The notes: generated from the sequence alone by a model not told the origin. Positions 37,801-48,772 are shown, counted from the first letter of the stretch. The stretch is 49,997 nucleotides of DNA from Paracraurococcus sp. (GCA_049315625.1 JBMOJU010000001.1:1-49997), one strand, 5' to 3'. A program made the numbers and translations.

Positions 37801-37818
37801 ATGTATACATGCGTGCAC
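37801..37818. promoter_or_regulatory. Putative GntR operator upstream of the tcuA-like gene
   Basis: Palindrome ATGTATACAT containing GTATAC-N4-GTGCAC. Confidence 0.55.
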
Positions 37819-37837
37819 AGAGAGGGAACCCAAGCCC

Positions 37838-39358
37838 ATGGCCACCGAGGAATTCGACGTCATCGTTGTCGGCGGCGGCAATGCCGCCTTCTGCGCCGCA
37901 CTCTCGGCACAGGAGCAGGGCGCCCGCGTGGTGGTGCTGGAACGGGCCAACGAGGACGAGGCTGGCGGCAATACCCGCTTCACCGCGGGCAACATCCGCT
38001 TCGCGTATCGCGGCGTCGAGGACCTGAAGGCGATCATGCCGGACCTGACGGAAGCCGAGATCGCCATCACCGATTTCGGCACCTATACCGAGGACCAGTT
38101 CTTCGACGACATGTTCCGCGTCACCCGCAACCGCACCGACCCGGACCTCTGCGAGATCCTGGTGCGCCGCAGCTTCGAGACGATGAAGTGGCTGCAGGGG
38201 AAGGGCGTGAAATTTGCCCCGATCTGGGGCCAGCAGGCCTTCAAGATCGACGGCCGCTTCAAGTTCTGGGGCGGCCTGACGGTCTGCGCCTGGGGCGGCG
38301 GGCCGGGCCTGGTCGCGGCCGAGACTGAGAGCGCGAAGAAGCGCGGCATCGAGATCCGCTACGCCACCCGCGCGCAGAAGATCCTGTACGACGGCTTCAA
38401 GGTCGAAGGCGTTCAGGTGAAGTCGCCCGGCCGCATCTACGACATCAAGGCGCCGAGCGTGATCCTGGCGGCCGGCGGCTTCCAGGGCGATGCCGAGATG
38501 CGCACCCGCTACCTCGGCCCGGGCTGGGAACTGGCGAAGGTCCGCGGCACCCGCTTCAACACCGGCGACGGCATCAAGATGGCGCTCGACATCGGCGCCA
38601 GCCCCTTCGGCAACTACAGTGGCTGCCATGCGGTGCAGTGGGACTTCAACGCGCCGGAATACGGCGACCTGGCGGTGGGCGACGCCTTCCAGAAGCACAG
38701 CTACCCGTGGAGCGTGCTGATCAACGCCGACGGCAAGCGCTTCCTGGATGAGGGCGCCGATTTCCGCAACTACACCTATGCCAAGTACGGCCGCGTGGTG
38801 CTGGAGCAGCCGGGCAATTTCGCCTGGCAGGTCTTCGATGCGAAGGTCGAGAAGCAGTTGCGCGACGAATACCGGATCAAGCAGGTCACCAAGGTCGAGG
38901 CCGACACGCTGGAGGAGCTGGCCGGGAAGCTGGAGGGCGTCGACGCCAAGGCCTTCCTGGAGGAGATCCACGCCTACAACGCCGCGGTGCGCCAGGACAT
39001 CCCGTTCAACCCGAACGTCAAGGACGGGCGCCGCACCGAGGGGCTGGCGGTCGACAAGACCAACTGGGCCAACACCATCGACCAGGGCCCCTTCAAGGCC
39101 TACCAGGTCGGCTGCGGCATCACCTTCACCTTCGGCGGCCTGCGCATCGACACCGAGGCGCGGGTGCTGGATGCCGACCAGCAGCCGATCCCCGGCCTGT
39201 ATGCGGCGGGCGAGCTGGTCGGTGGCATCTTCTATTTCAACTATCCGGGCGGCTCGGGCCTGATCAACGGCGCGGTGTTCGGCAAGCTTGCCGGCGCCAC
39301 GGCGGTGGCTGACCTGAAGGCCAATGCCGGCGGCCTGGCCGCGCCCGTACCGGCGTAG
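37838..39358 (+). CDS. tcuA: FAD-dependent tricarballylate dehydrogenase TcuA-like flavoprotein
   Basis: GGGNAAFCAA, GGNTRFT, KVRGTRFNTGDG, RFLDEGADF, GITFTFGGL and NYPGGSGL motifs. Confidence 0.8.
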   Translation: MATEEFDVIVVGGGNAAFCAALSAQEQGARVVVLERANEDEAGGNTRFTAGNIRFAYRGVEDLKAIMPDLTEAEIAITDFGTYTEDQFFDDMFRVTRNRTDPDLCEILVRRSFETMKWLQGKGVKFAPIWGQQAFKIDGRFKFWGGLTVCAWGGGPGLVAAETESAKKRGIEIRYATRAQKILYDGFKVEGVQVKSPGRIYDIKAPSVILAAGGFQGDAEMRTRYLGPGWELAKVRGTRFNTGDGIKMALDIGASPFGNYSGCHAVQWDFNAPEYGDLAVGDAFQKHSYPWSVLINADGKRFLDEGADFRNYTYAKYGRVVLEQPGNFAWQVFDAKVEKQLRDEYRIKQVTKVEADTLEELAGKLEGVDAKAFLEEIHAYNAAVRQDIPFNPNVKDGRRTEGLAVDKTNWANTIDQGPFKAYQVGCGITFTFGGLRIDTEARVLDADQQPIPGLYAAGELVGGIFYFNYPGGSGLINGAVFGKLAGATAVADLKANAGGLAAPVPA

Positions 39359-39365
39359 CCCTGCT

Positions 39366-39390
39366 CCCTCCCCCGCGTCGCGGGGGAGGG
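39366..39390. repeat. Palindromic interspersed repeat, copy 3
   Basis: CCCTCCCCCGCG-T-CGCGGGGGAGGG between convergent genes. Confidence 0.7.
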
Positions 39391-39399
39391 CTTGGCCTC

Positions 39400-40386
39400 C
39401 TACTCCGCCTTGATGTTGGCCGCCTGTACCACCGGGGCCCAGCGGGCATATTCGGCCTGAACGAAGCGCGCCGTCTCCGCCGGGTCCATCCAGATCGGCT
39501 CGCTGCCCATGTCGACCAGCCGCTGCCGGGTCGCCGGCATCTCCATGATCTCCTTCAGCGCCGGCGCGAGCTTTTCGACAACTGCGGCCGGAGTTCCCTT
39601 CGGCGCGAAGAGCCCGGTCCAGGACCGCACGGCATAGTCCGGCACGCCCTGTTCCTGCACCGTCGGGATCTCCGGCCGGCTGCGCACCCGTTCGGCCGAG
39701 CCCACCGCGATGATCCGCACCTGGCCGACCGAGGCCGGGCCGGAGACGGTCGGCAGGTTCAGCACCACCATCGGCACCACGTCCGAGATCAGGTCGGCGA
39801 TTGCCTGGCCGCCGCCGCGGTAGGGCACGTGCGTCAGCTCGATCCCCGTCCGCAGCCGCAGCAGCTCCCCGGCCAGGTGGTTGGAGGAGCCGACGCCGGA
39901 GGAGCCGAAGCTGATGCCGCCCTTGGTCCTTCGGGCCTTGTCGATCAGCTCCGGGATGGTCGTCGCGCCGAAGGCGTTGGAGACGGCGATGACGTTCGGC
40001 ACGTCGACGAGCATGCAGACCGGCACCAGCGCATCCTGCACGTCGTAGCCGAGGTTGCGGGCGATCAGCGGGTGAAAGACATGGTTGGAGGCCGAGGAGA
40101 CAAGCAGCGTCTGGCCATCCGGCCTGGCCCGCGCCGCCTGCCCCATGCCGAGGCTGCCGCCGCCGCCCGGCCGGTTCTCCACCACGAAGGGCTGGCCGAA
40201 ACGGGCTTCCAGCGCCGGGGCCAGCAGCCGCGCCGCGACGTCGTTGGAGCCGCCCGGCGCCCAGGGTACGATCAGCGTGACGGGGCGGCTGGGCCAGGCC
40301 TCCTGCGCCTGTCCCCGTGCCGCGACCAGCACGGCCGGCGCGGCGAGGGACGCGACAAGGGTGGCGCGGCGGCTTACACGATGCAT
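39400..40386 (-). CDS. Bug/TctC substrate-binding protein
   Basis: WPSRPVTLIVPWAPGGSND, ENRPGGGG and HVPYRGG motifs. Confidence 0.94.
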   Translation of the reverse strand: MHRVSRRATLVASLAAPAVLVAARGQAQEAWPSRPVTLIVPWAPGGSNDVAARLLAPALEARFGQPFVVENRPGGGGSLGMGQAARARPDGQTLLVSSASNHVFHPLIARNLGYDVQDALVPVCMLVDVPNVIAVSNAFGATTIPELIDKARRTKGGISFGSSGVGSSNHLAGELLRLRTGIELTHVPYRGGGQAIADLISDVVPMVVLNLPTVSGPASVGQVRIIAVGSAERVRSRPEIPTVQEQGVPDYAVRSWTGLFAPKGTPAAVVEKLAPALKEIMEMPATRQRLVDMGSEPIWMDPAETARFVQAEYARWAPVVQAANIKAE

Positions 40387-40463
40387 GCGGCGATCCTCCG
40401 GCATTCCTGCCTGGGCTGCGCTATAGAGCCGCGGCAGGCAGGGCGAAAAGGGCGGGTTCGGGA

Positions 40464-41117
40464 ATGTGGCGAGGCCTGGCGGCCAAGGGCCTGGTGGGTG
40501 TGCTCGCGCTCGGCGGCTGTGGGGCGCGTTCGACCGGCGTCGTGGAGACGGCGGACGGCATGCTGAGCCTGACGGCGAGCGGCCCCGACCTGGCGGCGGC
40601 GACCGAGCGGGCGCTGCGCGACGCAACGGCGCATTGCGCCGGGCGGGGCCGGCAGACCCAGATCCTCGGCACGCAGATGGGGCGCGACGAGTACCGCCTG
40701 GCCTTCCGCTGCACCGGCCGTGCGGTGGCCGCGCCGGTCCCACCGGCGCCGGCGCCGGCCTCGCCGTCGATGGTGATGCTGCCGCCGGGCGAGGCGCCGA
40801 TGCTGAATGGCGAACCCTTCGGCCGCGGCACCGCGCCGCCGCCACCGCCGCCGCCGCCGCTGCCGCCCAGGGCGCTGCCGCCGCCTTCGGTGGCCGCGCC
40901 GGCGTTGATCCTGCTGCAGCCCGGGGCCGCGCCGGTGCTGAGCGGCGATGGTTTCGGCGGCCGTGCCGCAGCGGTGACACCAGCCGCGCCGCCGGTGACA
41001 GCCGCGCCACCTGCGCCGGCGCCGGTGCCGGCACAGTCGAGCCGCCCATTGCCGCCGTTGTCCTCCGGCGCGTCCCTGCCGCCGCTCTATGGCCCGGTCG
41101 GGCTGCGGCGTGACTGA
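40464..41117 (+). CDS. Hypothetical lipoprotein with proline-rich C-terminal tail
   Basis: Lipobox LGGC; small domain with a Cys pair (AHCA...AFRC); poly-Pro region. Confidence 0.7.
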   Translation: MWRGLAAKGLVGVLALGGCGARSTGVVETADGMLSLTASGPDLAAATERALRDATAHCAGRGRQTQILGTQMGRDEYRLAFRCTGRAVAAPVPPAPAPASPSMVMLPPGEAPMLNGEPFGRGTAPPPPPPPPLPPRALPPPSVAAPALILLQPGAAPVLSGDGFGGRAAAVTPAAPPVTAAPPAPAPVPAQSSRPLPPLSSGASLPPLYGPVGLRRD

Positions 41118-41127
41118 TCCGCGCTGC

Positions 41128-41964
41128 TCAGCCCTTGAACAGGCTGAGCAGCGATTGCGGCGCCTGGTTGGCGATGCCGAGTGCCTGGGTGCCGAGTTGC
41201 TGGCGGATCTGCAGCGCCTGCAGTCGGGCGCTTTCCTTCGCCATGTCGGCATCGACCAGCGCGCCGAGGCCGCTTTCCTGCGCATCCAGGATCGCCTTGT
41301 TGTAGGTGATCTGGCTGTCGACGTAGTTGGCGTAGGAGCCGAAATTGTTGAGCTGCGTGAGGGTGTTGGTGATGGCCGCGCCGACCGCGCCGCTGGCTGT
41401 CAGCGCCGCCGCGGCGGAGCTGGCGGTCCAGGTATTGGCCACCGAGATGGCGTTGAAGACCTGCGCCAGGGCCGAGAAGCTGCTGAAGCTGTAGTAGGTG
41501 CCGCTGCCGCTGGTGATCACCTTCACTGCGGTGGCGGTGCTGTCGTCCAGGATGTTCAGACCGTTGTAACTGGCATCCTGGATGAAGGCCTGCACGTTGT
41601 TGGTCAGCTGCTTGGCCTGCGCCTGGTACTGGGTGCGCTGTTCGGTGGTGATGGTGCCGTCGGCGAGCTTGACGGTGATCTCCTTCAGCTTCTGCAACGT
41701 GGTGGAGACGTTCTGCAGCGCCGTGCTGGTGACCTCCAGCAGGCCCTTCACGCCGCCGAGCTGCTGGTTCGCCGAGTTGGTCGCGGCCATGTCGCCGCGG
41801 ATGCGTTCAGCCACCGCATAGGCGGCGCCGTCGTCGCGCGCATCGGCGACGCGGTAGCCGGTGGAGATGCGCTTCTGCGTGGCCGAAAGCTCATCCGCTG
41901 TCCGGTTCAGGGACTGCAGCGCGACCATCGCCCCGACATTGGTGTTCACCGAGTTCAACGGCAT
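41128..41964 (-). CDS. fliC: Flagellin
   Basis: SVNTNVGAMVALQSLN, RISTGYRVADARDDGA and LVDADMAKESARLQALQIRQQLGTQALGIANQAPQSLLSLF. Confidence 0.96.
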   Translation of the reverse strand: MPLNSVNTNVGAMVALQSLNRTADELSATQKRISTGYRVADARDDGAAYAVAERIRGDMAATNSANQQLGGVKGLLEVTSTALQNVSTTLQKLKEITVKLADGTITTEQRTQYQAQAKQLTNNVQAFIQDASYNGLNILDDSTATAVKVITSGSGTYYSFSSFSALAQVFNAISVANTWTASSAAAALTASGAVGAAITNTLTQLNNFGSYANYVDSQITYNKAILDAQESGLGALVDADMAKESARLQALQIRQQLGTQALGIANQAPQSLLSLFKG

Positions 41965-42028
41965 GGAGATTTTCCCCGGACGACGGCCCGAATCCTGGAC
42001 CGGATGGGGCAAGGATCGTGCGGGAGAA

Positions 42029-42043
42029 TGAAGTTCGGGTTAA
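42029..42043 (-). promoter_or_regulatory. Possible CtrA box upstream of flagellin
   Basis: Minus strand TTAA-N7-TTCA, one mismatch to TTAA-N7-TTAA. Confidence 0.45.
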
Positions 42044-42242
42044 GACGCGCGCAGTATCGGCCGGGTGCGCTGCGTATCGACGGTGGCATATCACTGAAAG
42101 TTGACTTCACTCAGGGTTCAATTACAGAACGAGGCAATCCCGGGCAAACCGCCCAGGACGCTGAAACACCAAGGCGGATTGCGGATCCGGCTCACGCTAC
42201 GGGGGTTGACGGGTGCTCGCGCGAGAGACGACTGACACAGGC

Positions 42243-42827
42243 ATGAGCGATGGTGTGCGCCGGTCCGGCAATTTTGCGGCGTCCAGCCTGGCGATCCCAG
42301 GCCCCGTCCTGGTCACGCCGCGACGCTTCGGCGACCATCGCGGCTTCTTCCTCGAAACCTACAGCGCGCGCGACTTCGCCGCGCTCGGCATCCCGGACGT
42401 CTTCGTCCAGGACAATCACTCGCTCTCAGCCCAGCCCGGCACGGTGCGCGGCCTGCATTTCCAGCTGCCGCCGCATGCCCAGGCCAAGCTGGTCCGGGTG
42501 CTGCGCGGCGCCATCCTTGACGTCGCGGTCGATATCCGGCGCGACTCGCCCGGCTATGGCCGGCACGTCGCGGTGGAGCTGACCGCCGAGAACGCGCAGC
42601 AGCTCTTCATCCCCACCGGCTTCGCACACGGCTTCTGCACGCTGACGCCGGATACCGAGGTCGCCTACAAGGTCACCGCGCTCTATGCGCCGGAGTGCGA
42701 CCGCGGCATCGCCTGGGATGATCCGGACCTCGCTTTGCCCTGGCCCTTCGATGCAACGCAGGTGCAGCTGTCAGACAAGGACCGCCGCGCGCCCCGCCTG
42801 CGCGACCTGCCGCCCGCCTTCGCCTGA
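42243..42827 (+). CDS. rfbC: dTDP-4-dehydrorhamnose 3,5-epimerase
   Basis: FGDHRGFF, QDNHSLS, RGLHFQ and GFAHGF motifs. Confidence 0.96.
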   Translation: MSDGVRRSGNFAASSLAIPGPVLVTPRRFGDHRGFFLETYSARDFAALGIPDVFVQDNHSLSAQPGTVRGLHFQLPPHAQAKLVRVLRGAILDVAVDIRRDSPGYGRHVAVELTAENAQQLFIPTGFAHGFCTLTPDTEVAYKVTALYAPECDRGIAWDDPDLALPWPFDATQVQLSDKDRRAPRLRDLPPAFA

Positions 42828-42925
42828 GAGTTTGTGAAAGAATGCCCTTCAGCACCGAACTCGCCGCAGGAAAGCCAATGTTTCCAAAGGGTGTTCTTGC
42901 GCAAGTTCGATCGCTTCGCAGACTC
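42828..42925. mobile_element. 98-bp MITE-like element
   Basis: Imperfect TIRs GAGTTTGTGAA / TTCGCAGACTC (9/11 match), flanked on both sides by TGA; lower GC than the flanks. Confidence 0.6.
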
Positions 42926-42942
42926 TGAGGTCCAGACCGCCC

Positions 42943-44027
<1,085 letters not shown>

Positions 44028-44028
<1 letters not shown>

Positions 44029-44921
44029 TGCGGGTCCTCGTCATCGGCCGCACCGGCCAGATCGCCACCGAATTGCTGCCGCGGCTGGCCGCCGCCGGGC
44101 ACGAATCGCTGGCACTGGAGCCGCCGGAATTCGACCTGACCGACGCCGCGCAGGTCGCCGCCGCCTTCGCCCGCGCCACGCCCGACGCGGTGGTGAACTG
44201 CGCCGCCTACACGGCGGTGGACCGGGCGGAGGAGCACCGCACCCTGGCCTTCGCGGTCAACGCCACCGGCCCGCGCCTGCTGGGCGAGGCGGCGGCGCGC
44301 GCCGGCGTGCCCGTCATCCACTACTCGACCGACTATGTCTTCGACGGACGCAAGGACGCGCCCTATACGGAAGCCGATTCGCCCGATCCGGTCGGCGCCT
44401 ATGGCGCCTCGAAGCTCGCCGGTGAATTGCTGCTGCACCTGGCGCAGCCGCGCTCGGTTACGTTGCGCACCGCCTGGGTCTGCTCGCCGCATGGCGGCAA
44501 TTTCGTCAAGACCATGCTGCGACTCGGTCGCGAGCGACCGGAGCTGCGCGTGGTCGCCGACCAGCACGGCGCGCCGACCTTCGCCGCCGATCTCGCCGCC
44601 GCCGCCGTCGCCGTGCTGCCGCGCCTCGTCGCGGCGCCGGCCGGCGACCCGGTCTTCGGCATCACCCACCTGACCGGCGCGCCCTACACCACCTGGCACG
44701 GCTTCGCCGCGGCGATCTTCGAAGCCGCCGCGCGGCGCAGCCAGCCAGCGCCGAGGCTGAGCGCGATCACCACCGACGAATACCCGACACCGGCACGGCG
44801 GCCGGCGAATTCGCGGCTCGACTGCACCCGCGCCGCGACGCTGCTCGGCATTCCGCCGGCCGATTGGCGCGCCGGACTCGAAGCCTGCCTCGACGCACTC
44901 CTGAAGGATCAGCACGCATGA
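44028..44921 (+). CDS. rfbD: dTDP-4-dehydrorhamnose reductase
   Basis: [27 protein letters not shown] and DQHGAPT motifs. Confidence 0.96.
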
Positions 44922-45790
44922 AGGGCATCGTCCTCGCCGGCGGCAGCGGAACACGGCTGTACCCGGCGACGCTCGCCGTCTCCAAGCAGTTGCTGCCGGT
45001 CTACGACAAGCCGATGGTCTACTATCCGCTCTCGGTGCTAATGCTGGCCGGGATCCGGGAGATCATGATCATCTCAACCCCGCACGACATGCCGCTGTTC
45101 CAGCGCCTGCTGGGCGATGGCAGCCAATGGGGCATCCGCCTGGTCTACCAGGTGCAGGAAACGCCGAACGGCATCGCCATGGCCCTGGTGCTGGCGGAGG
45201 AGTTCCTCGAAGGCGGTCCCGCCGCCCTGGTGCTGGGCGACAACATCTTCCACGGGCATGAGCTCGACAACCGCATGGCCGAGGCCGTCGCCGAGCACGG
45301 CGCCGCGGTCTTCGCCTATCGGGTCGCCGATCCGGAACGCTATGGCGTCGCCGAATTCGATGCCGAGGGACGCGCGCTCTCGATCGAGGAAAAGCCGCTC
45401 AAGCCGAAATCCGACTGGGCGGTCACCGGCCTCTATTTCTACGACGGGCGAGCGCCGGCGATGGCCCGCGCCCTGAAGCCCTCGGCGCGCGGCGAGTACG
45501 AGATCACAGACCTCAACAAGGCCTACCTTGCGGAGGGCACGCTGCGCGTCGCGCGGCTCGGCCGCGGCTATGCCTGGCTCGACACCGGCACGCATGACAG
45601 CATGCTGGAGGCTGGCGAGTTCGTCCGCGCCATCGAAAAGCGCACCGGCCAGAAGGTTGCCGCGCCCGAGGAAGTCGCCTGGCGCAAGGGATTCATCGAC
45701 GACGCACAACTGCTAGAGGTCGCCAGGCCGCTGCGCAACAGCGGCTATGGGCGGTACCTGGAGGGGCTGCTGCACCACGCCCAGGGCTGA
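44918..45790 (+). CDS. rfbA: Glucose-1-phosphate thymidylyltransferase
   Basis: [30 protein letters not shown] and WLDTGT motifs. Confidence 0.97.
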   Translation: MKGIVLAGGSGTRLYPATLAVSKQLLPVYDKPMVYYPLSVLMLAGIREIMIISTPHDMPLFQRLLGDGSQWGIRLVYQVQETPNGIAMALVLAEEFLEGGPAALVLGDNIFHGHELDNRMAEAVAEHGAAVFAYRVADPERYGVAEFDAEGRALSIEEKPLKPKSDWAVTGLYFYDGRAPAMARALKPSARGEYEITDLNKAYLAEGTLRVARLGRGYAWLDTGTHDSMLEAGEFVRAIEKRTGQKVAAPEEVAWRKGFIDDAQLLEVARPLRNSGYGRYLEGLLHHAQG

Positions 45791-45908
45791 TCAAGGCCAG
45801 CATCGCCCAACGCGGGATGGGTTGAGGCAGAATCGCCGAAACCGCCGAATGGCGCGACCAGGCCATGGCTGGAGCATGCGCCGTGAGCGCAGGCGAACGC
45901 AGCATGCC

Positions 45909-47465
45909 CTATGCCTGCGACTGCGCCTCGGCCGGCCGCAGACAGGCGGACGGCAGGTGAATCACGCAGCGCAGCCCCTCCGGCGTCCAGTTCCTCTCGA
46001 TCCGCCCGCCGAGTTGATCCTGCACCGTCGCCTCCAGGATACGGATGCCGAATCCCTTCTGCGCCGGCGCCTCGGGCAGGGGTGCGGCTAAATGCTCCTG
46101 CCAGACCAGGTCCAGGCCTCCTTGCGGCACAGGCCGCCAGGTCAGCGATAACGCGGCGCCCGGTTGTGCCAGCGCGCCGAAGCTGGCCGCGTTGCTCGCC
46201 AGCTCGTGCAGCACCATGGCGATCGGCTGCACCGCGGTCGCGGCCAGCACCATCATGGGTCCGGACAAGGTCAGCCGGGCGCCGCCAGCGCGGTAGCGGA
46301 CAAGCTCCGCCTCCGCCAGGCGTTGGAGCCCGGCGCCCTGCCAGCGCGCCTGGGCCAGCAGCGTATGCGCCCGGGCCAGGGCGCCGATTCGCGCCTCCAC
46401 CCGTGGCAGGAAATTGGCCGGATCCTCCGTCCGTGTCAGACGCAGCAGCGCCTGCACCACAGCCAGGGTATTCTTGGCCCGATGGTCGACTTCGCGGAGC
46501 AGCAGGCGCTGCTCCTCCTCCGCCCGGCGCCGCGCGGTGATGTCGGCGATCACGCCGTGCCAGGTGGCCCCGCCCGGCTCGCTCTGCGCCTGCGCGCGGA
46601 GTTCGATCCAGCGCGGCCGGATACCGGGCGGCGTCCGTAGCCGGAGCGCGCAATGCGCCGGTTCGCCGCTGCGCCTGGCGCGGGCCATGGCGGCATCCAT
46701 CAGCGGCCGGTCGGCGGGTTCCACGTGGTCGCGCAGCGCCGCCGCGCTCACCGGTTCGGCGGGGTACCAATCGAGGATCGCCGCGGCCTCGGCGTCCCAG
46801 GTGACCCGGTCCGTCCCTTCGTCCCAGGACCAGCAGCCGAGTTCGGCGGCGCCGAGCGCCAGGCGCAGCTGCGCCTCGCTTTCCGCCAGGGCGGCGGTCC
46901 GCTGCGCGTCGCGTCGTTCCTCCGCCGCCGCGACGGCGTGGGCCTGCGCTTCACGGCGGTAGGCCAGCAGGGCCAGCAGCAGCATCGCCAGCATGGCGGC
47001 GCCGAGCGGCAGCAGGCCCTCGCGCGGCGGCGGTGCCGCCCGCATCGCCAGGACACGATAGGGCGCGCCCGTCACCGCCTGTTCCGCGGCAAGGAACGGA
47101 CTGGTGCCGGCCGTCGGCATGGCGCCGGCGACCACCTCGCCCGCTGGCCCGAGCAGGGCGAGCGTCACCCCTTTGGCTGGCGGCCCGGCGGCGAGGACGG
47201 CGACGATCGCCGCCGCATCCGGCGCGGCGGTTGCCGGCGCCGGCAGGGCGGCGGCAATCCGGGACGCGGCTGCCGCGGCGGCGGCGGCAAGCTCGGTCGC
47301 CTCGGTCTCCAGCGTCGGGACCAGGCGGCCGAGCGGCAGCATCGCCAGCGGCAGCACCAGGGCCGCCAGGATGAGAAGGGCCGATCCGCGGAGGATGCCC
47401 CTGCGCGCGGCCGGGCGGAGCGGCGGCGCGGGTCGCACCCCGGCCGGCACCGGCAGTCGCTGCAT
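45909..47465 (-). CDS. Membrane-bound PAS-containing HWE histidine kinase
   Basis: Two TM segments, PAS domain (GCWSWD...), H-box REVDHRAKN, HELASNA, WQE and GFG; start uncertain. Confidence 0.9.
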   Translation of the reverse strand: MQRLPVPAGVRPAPPLRPAARRGILRGSALLILAALVLPLAMLPLGRLVPTLETEATELAAAAAAAASRIAAALPAPATAAPDAAAIVAVLAAGPPAKGVTLALLGPAGEVVAGAMPTAGTSPFLAAEQAVTGAPYRVLAMRAAPPPREGLLPLGAAMLAMLLLALLAYRREAQAHAVAAAEERRDAQRTAALAESEAQLRLALGAAELGCWSWDEGTDRVTWDAEAAAILDWYPAEPVSAAALRDHVEPADRPLMDAAMARARRSGEPAHCALRLRTPPGIRPRWIELRAQAQSEPGGATWHGVIADITARRRAEEEQRLLLREVDHRAKNTLAVVQALLRLTRTEDPANFLPRVEARIGALARAHTLLAQARWQGAGLQRLAEAELVRYRAGGARLTLSGPMMVLAATAVQPIAMVLHELASNAASFGALAQPGAALSLTWRPVPQGGLDLVWQEHLAAPLPEAPAQKGFGIRILEATVQDQLGGRIERNWTPEGLRCVIHLPSACLRPAEAQSQA

Positions 47466-47737
47466 GGTTTCGCTGTAGCCCACCTTGGGCGCCCGTCCCC
47501 CGCGCCGGCCCCGTGCCGGACGCTGTGCGGGGCAACTTGGACCTTCGGGCGAACCGCCGCAGTACGAAATCGCGTGAGAGGCGAATTTCTGCTGCCGCCT
47601 GCCACCGGATGGCTGGGTCGACAAGGGTCGCGGCCGGCTTCTATCTTCCGGTCGCGCCCCGCGACCCGCCCGACTCGACCGGGCCGGCGCCCTAGCCACT
47701 TTCCTGGCCTGTTCGCCAGCGGCGGAGACCCGACCGG

Positions 47738-48772
47738 ATGCCCGACGCGCCCCGCGACCTCGCCCCCGACATGCCGGCGCCGGGGGAGGTGCGGGTGCTG
47801 CAGCCCGGCCTGCTGCGCGCCCGGATGCCGCTGCCATTTCCGCCCAGCCACGTGAACATTTGGTTCCTGGAACACGATGGCGGCTGGCTGGCAGTGGACA
47901 CCAGCGTCGCCGGCCGCGCCTCCCGCGAATTATGGGACCAGGTGCTGGCCCGGCCGGAACTCGGCGGGCGGCCGCTGACGGCGCTGCTGGTGACGCATTT
48001 CCACCCCGACCATATCGGCCTGACCGGCTGGCTCTGCGAACGCTTCGGCATCCTGCCGATGATGACGCGCATCGAGTGGCTGACCGCCCGTGCCCTCTGG
48101 TTCGACAGCGGGCCGGACATGATGGCGCAGCAGATCGCGCACTACACGCGGGCGGGGTGCCCGCCGGAATACCTTTCCTTCGTCGAGGGCCGCGGCGCGC
48201 TGTACCAGCGGGCGGTGGCCGAACTGCCGCGCAGCTTCCACGCCATCAAGGATGGCCGCAGCGTGACGATCGGCGGCAGCGAGTGGCGGGTGGTGACCGG
48301 CGCCGGGCATGCGCCGGACATGGCGACCCTCTATTCGCCGGAACGCGGCGTGCTGATCTCGGCCGACCAGATCCTGCCGCGCATCTCGCCCTATATCGGC
48401 CTGCATCCGGGCGAGCCGGAGGCCGACCCGCTGGGCGACTTCCTGGCCAGCAACGAGCGCTTCCGGCACCTGCCGGAGGACACCCTGGTGCTGCCCTCGC
48501 ATGGCGAGCCGTTCTCGACCCTGCACCGCCGGCTGGATCAGCTGGCCGGCCACCATGCCGAGCGGCTGGACACGCTGGCGGAGGCCTGCCGGGAGCCGCT
48601 GACCGCCTTCGAGTCGGCGCAGATCCTGTTCCCCCGGGCGACCGGGGAGGTGGCGCAGATGGGCTTCACCGTGGGCGAGACGCTGGCGCATCTGCGCCGG
48701 CTGGAACGCCAGGGGCGCCTGGCGAAGGAGCCTGGACCTGGCGAGGCCGTGAGGTTCCGCACCCGGGCATGA
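47738..48772 (+). CDS. MBL-fold metallo-hydrolase
   Basis: RMPLPF..HVN, THFHPDHIG, GHAP, DQILPRISP and LPSHG motifs. Confidence 0.93.
   Translation: MPDAPRDLAPDMPAPGEVRVLQPGLLRARMPLPFPPSHVNIWFLEHDGGWLAVDTSVAGRASRELWDQVLARPELGGRPLTALLVTHFHPDHIGLTGWLCERFGILPMMTRIEWLTARALWFDSGPDMMAQQIAHYTRAGCPPEYLSFVEGRGALYQRAVAELPRSFHAIKDGRSVTIGGSEWRVVTGAGHAPDMATLYSPERGVLISADQILPRISPYIGLHPGEPEADPLGDFLASNERFRHLPEDTLVLPSHGEPFSTLHRRLDQLAGHHAERLDTLAEACREPLTAFESAQILFPRATGEVAQMGFTVGETLAHLRRLERQGRLAKEPGPGEAVRFRTRA

Noticed and set aside
40833-40870. (CCG)n run as a phase-variable contingency repeat
   Set aside because: In-frame, interrupted proline codons; slippage would not switch the frame.
42009-42023. Sigma-54-like sites (CCGCACGATCCTTGC before flagellin; TGCCACGCTGCTTGCA near 37069)
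   Set aside because: Both lack the invariant GG at -24.
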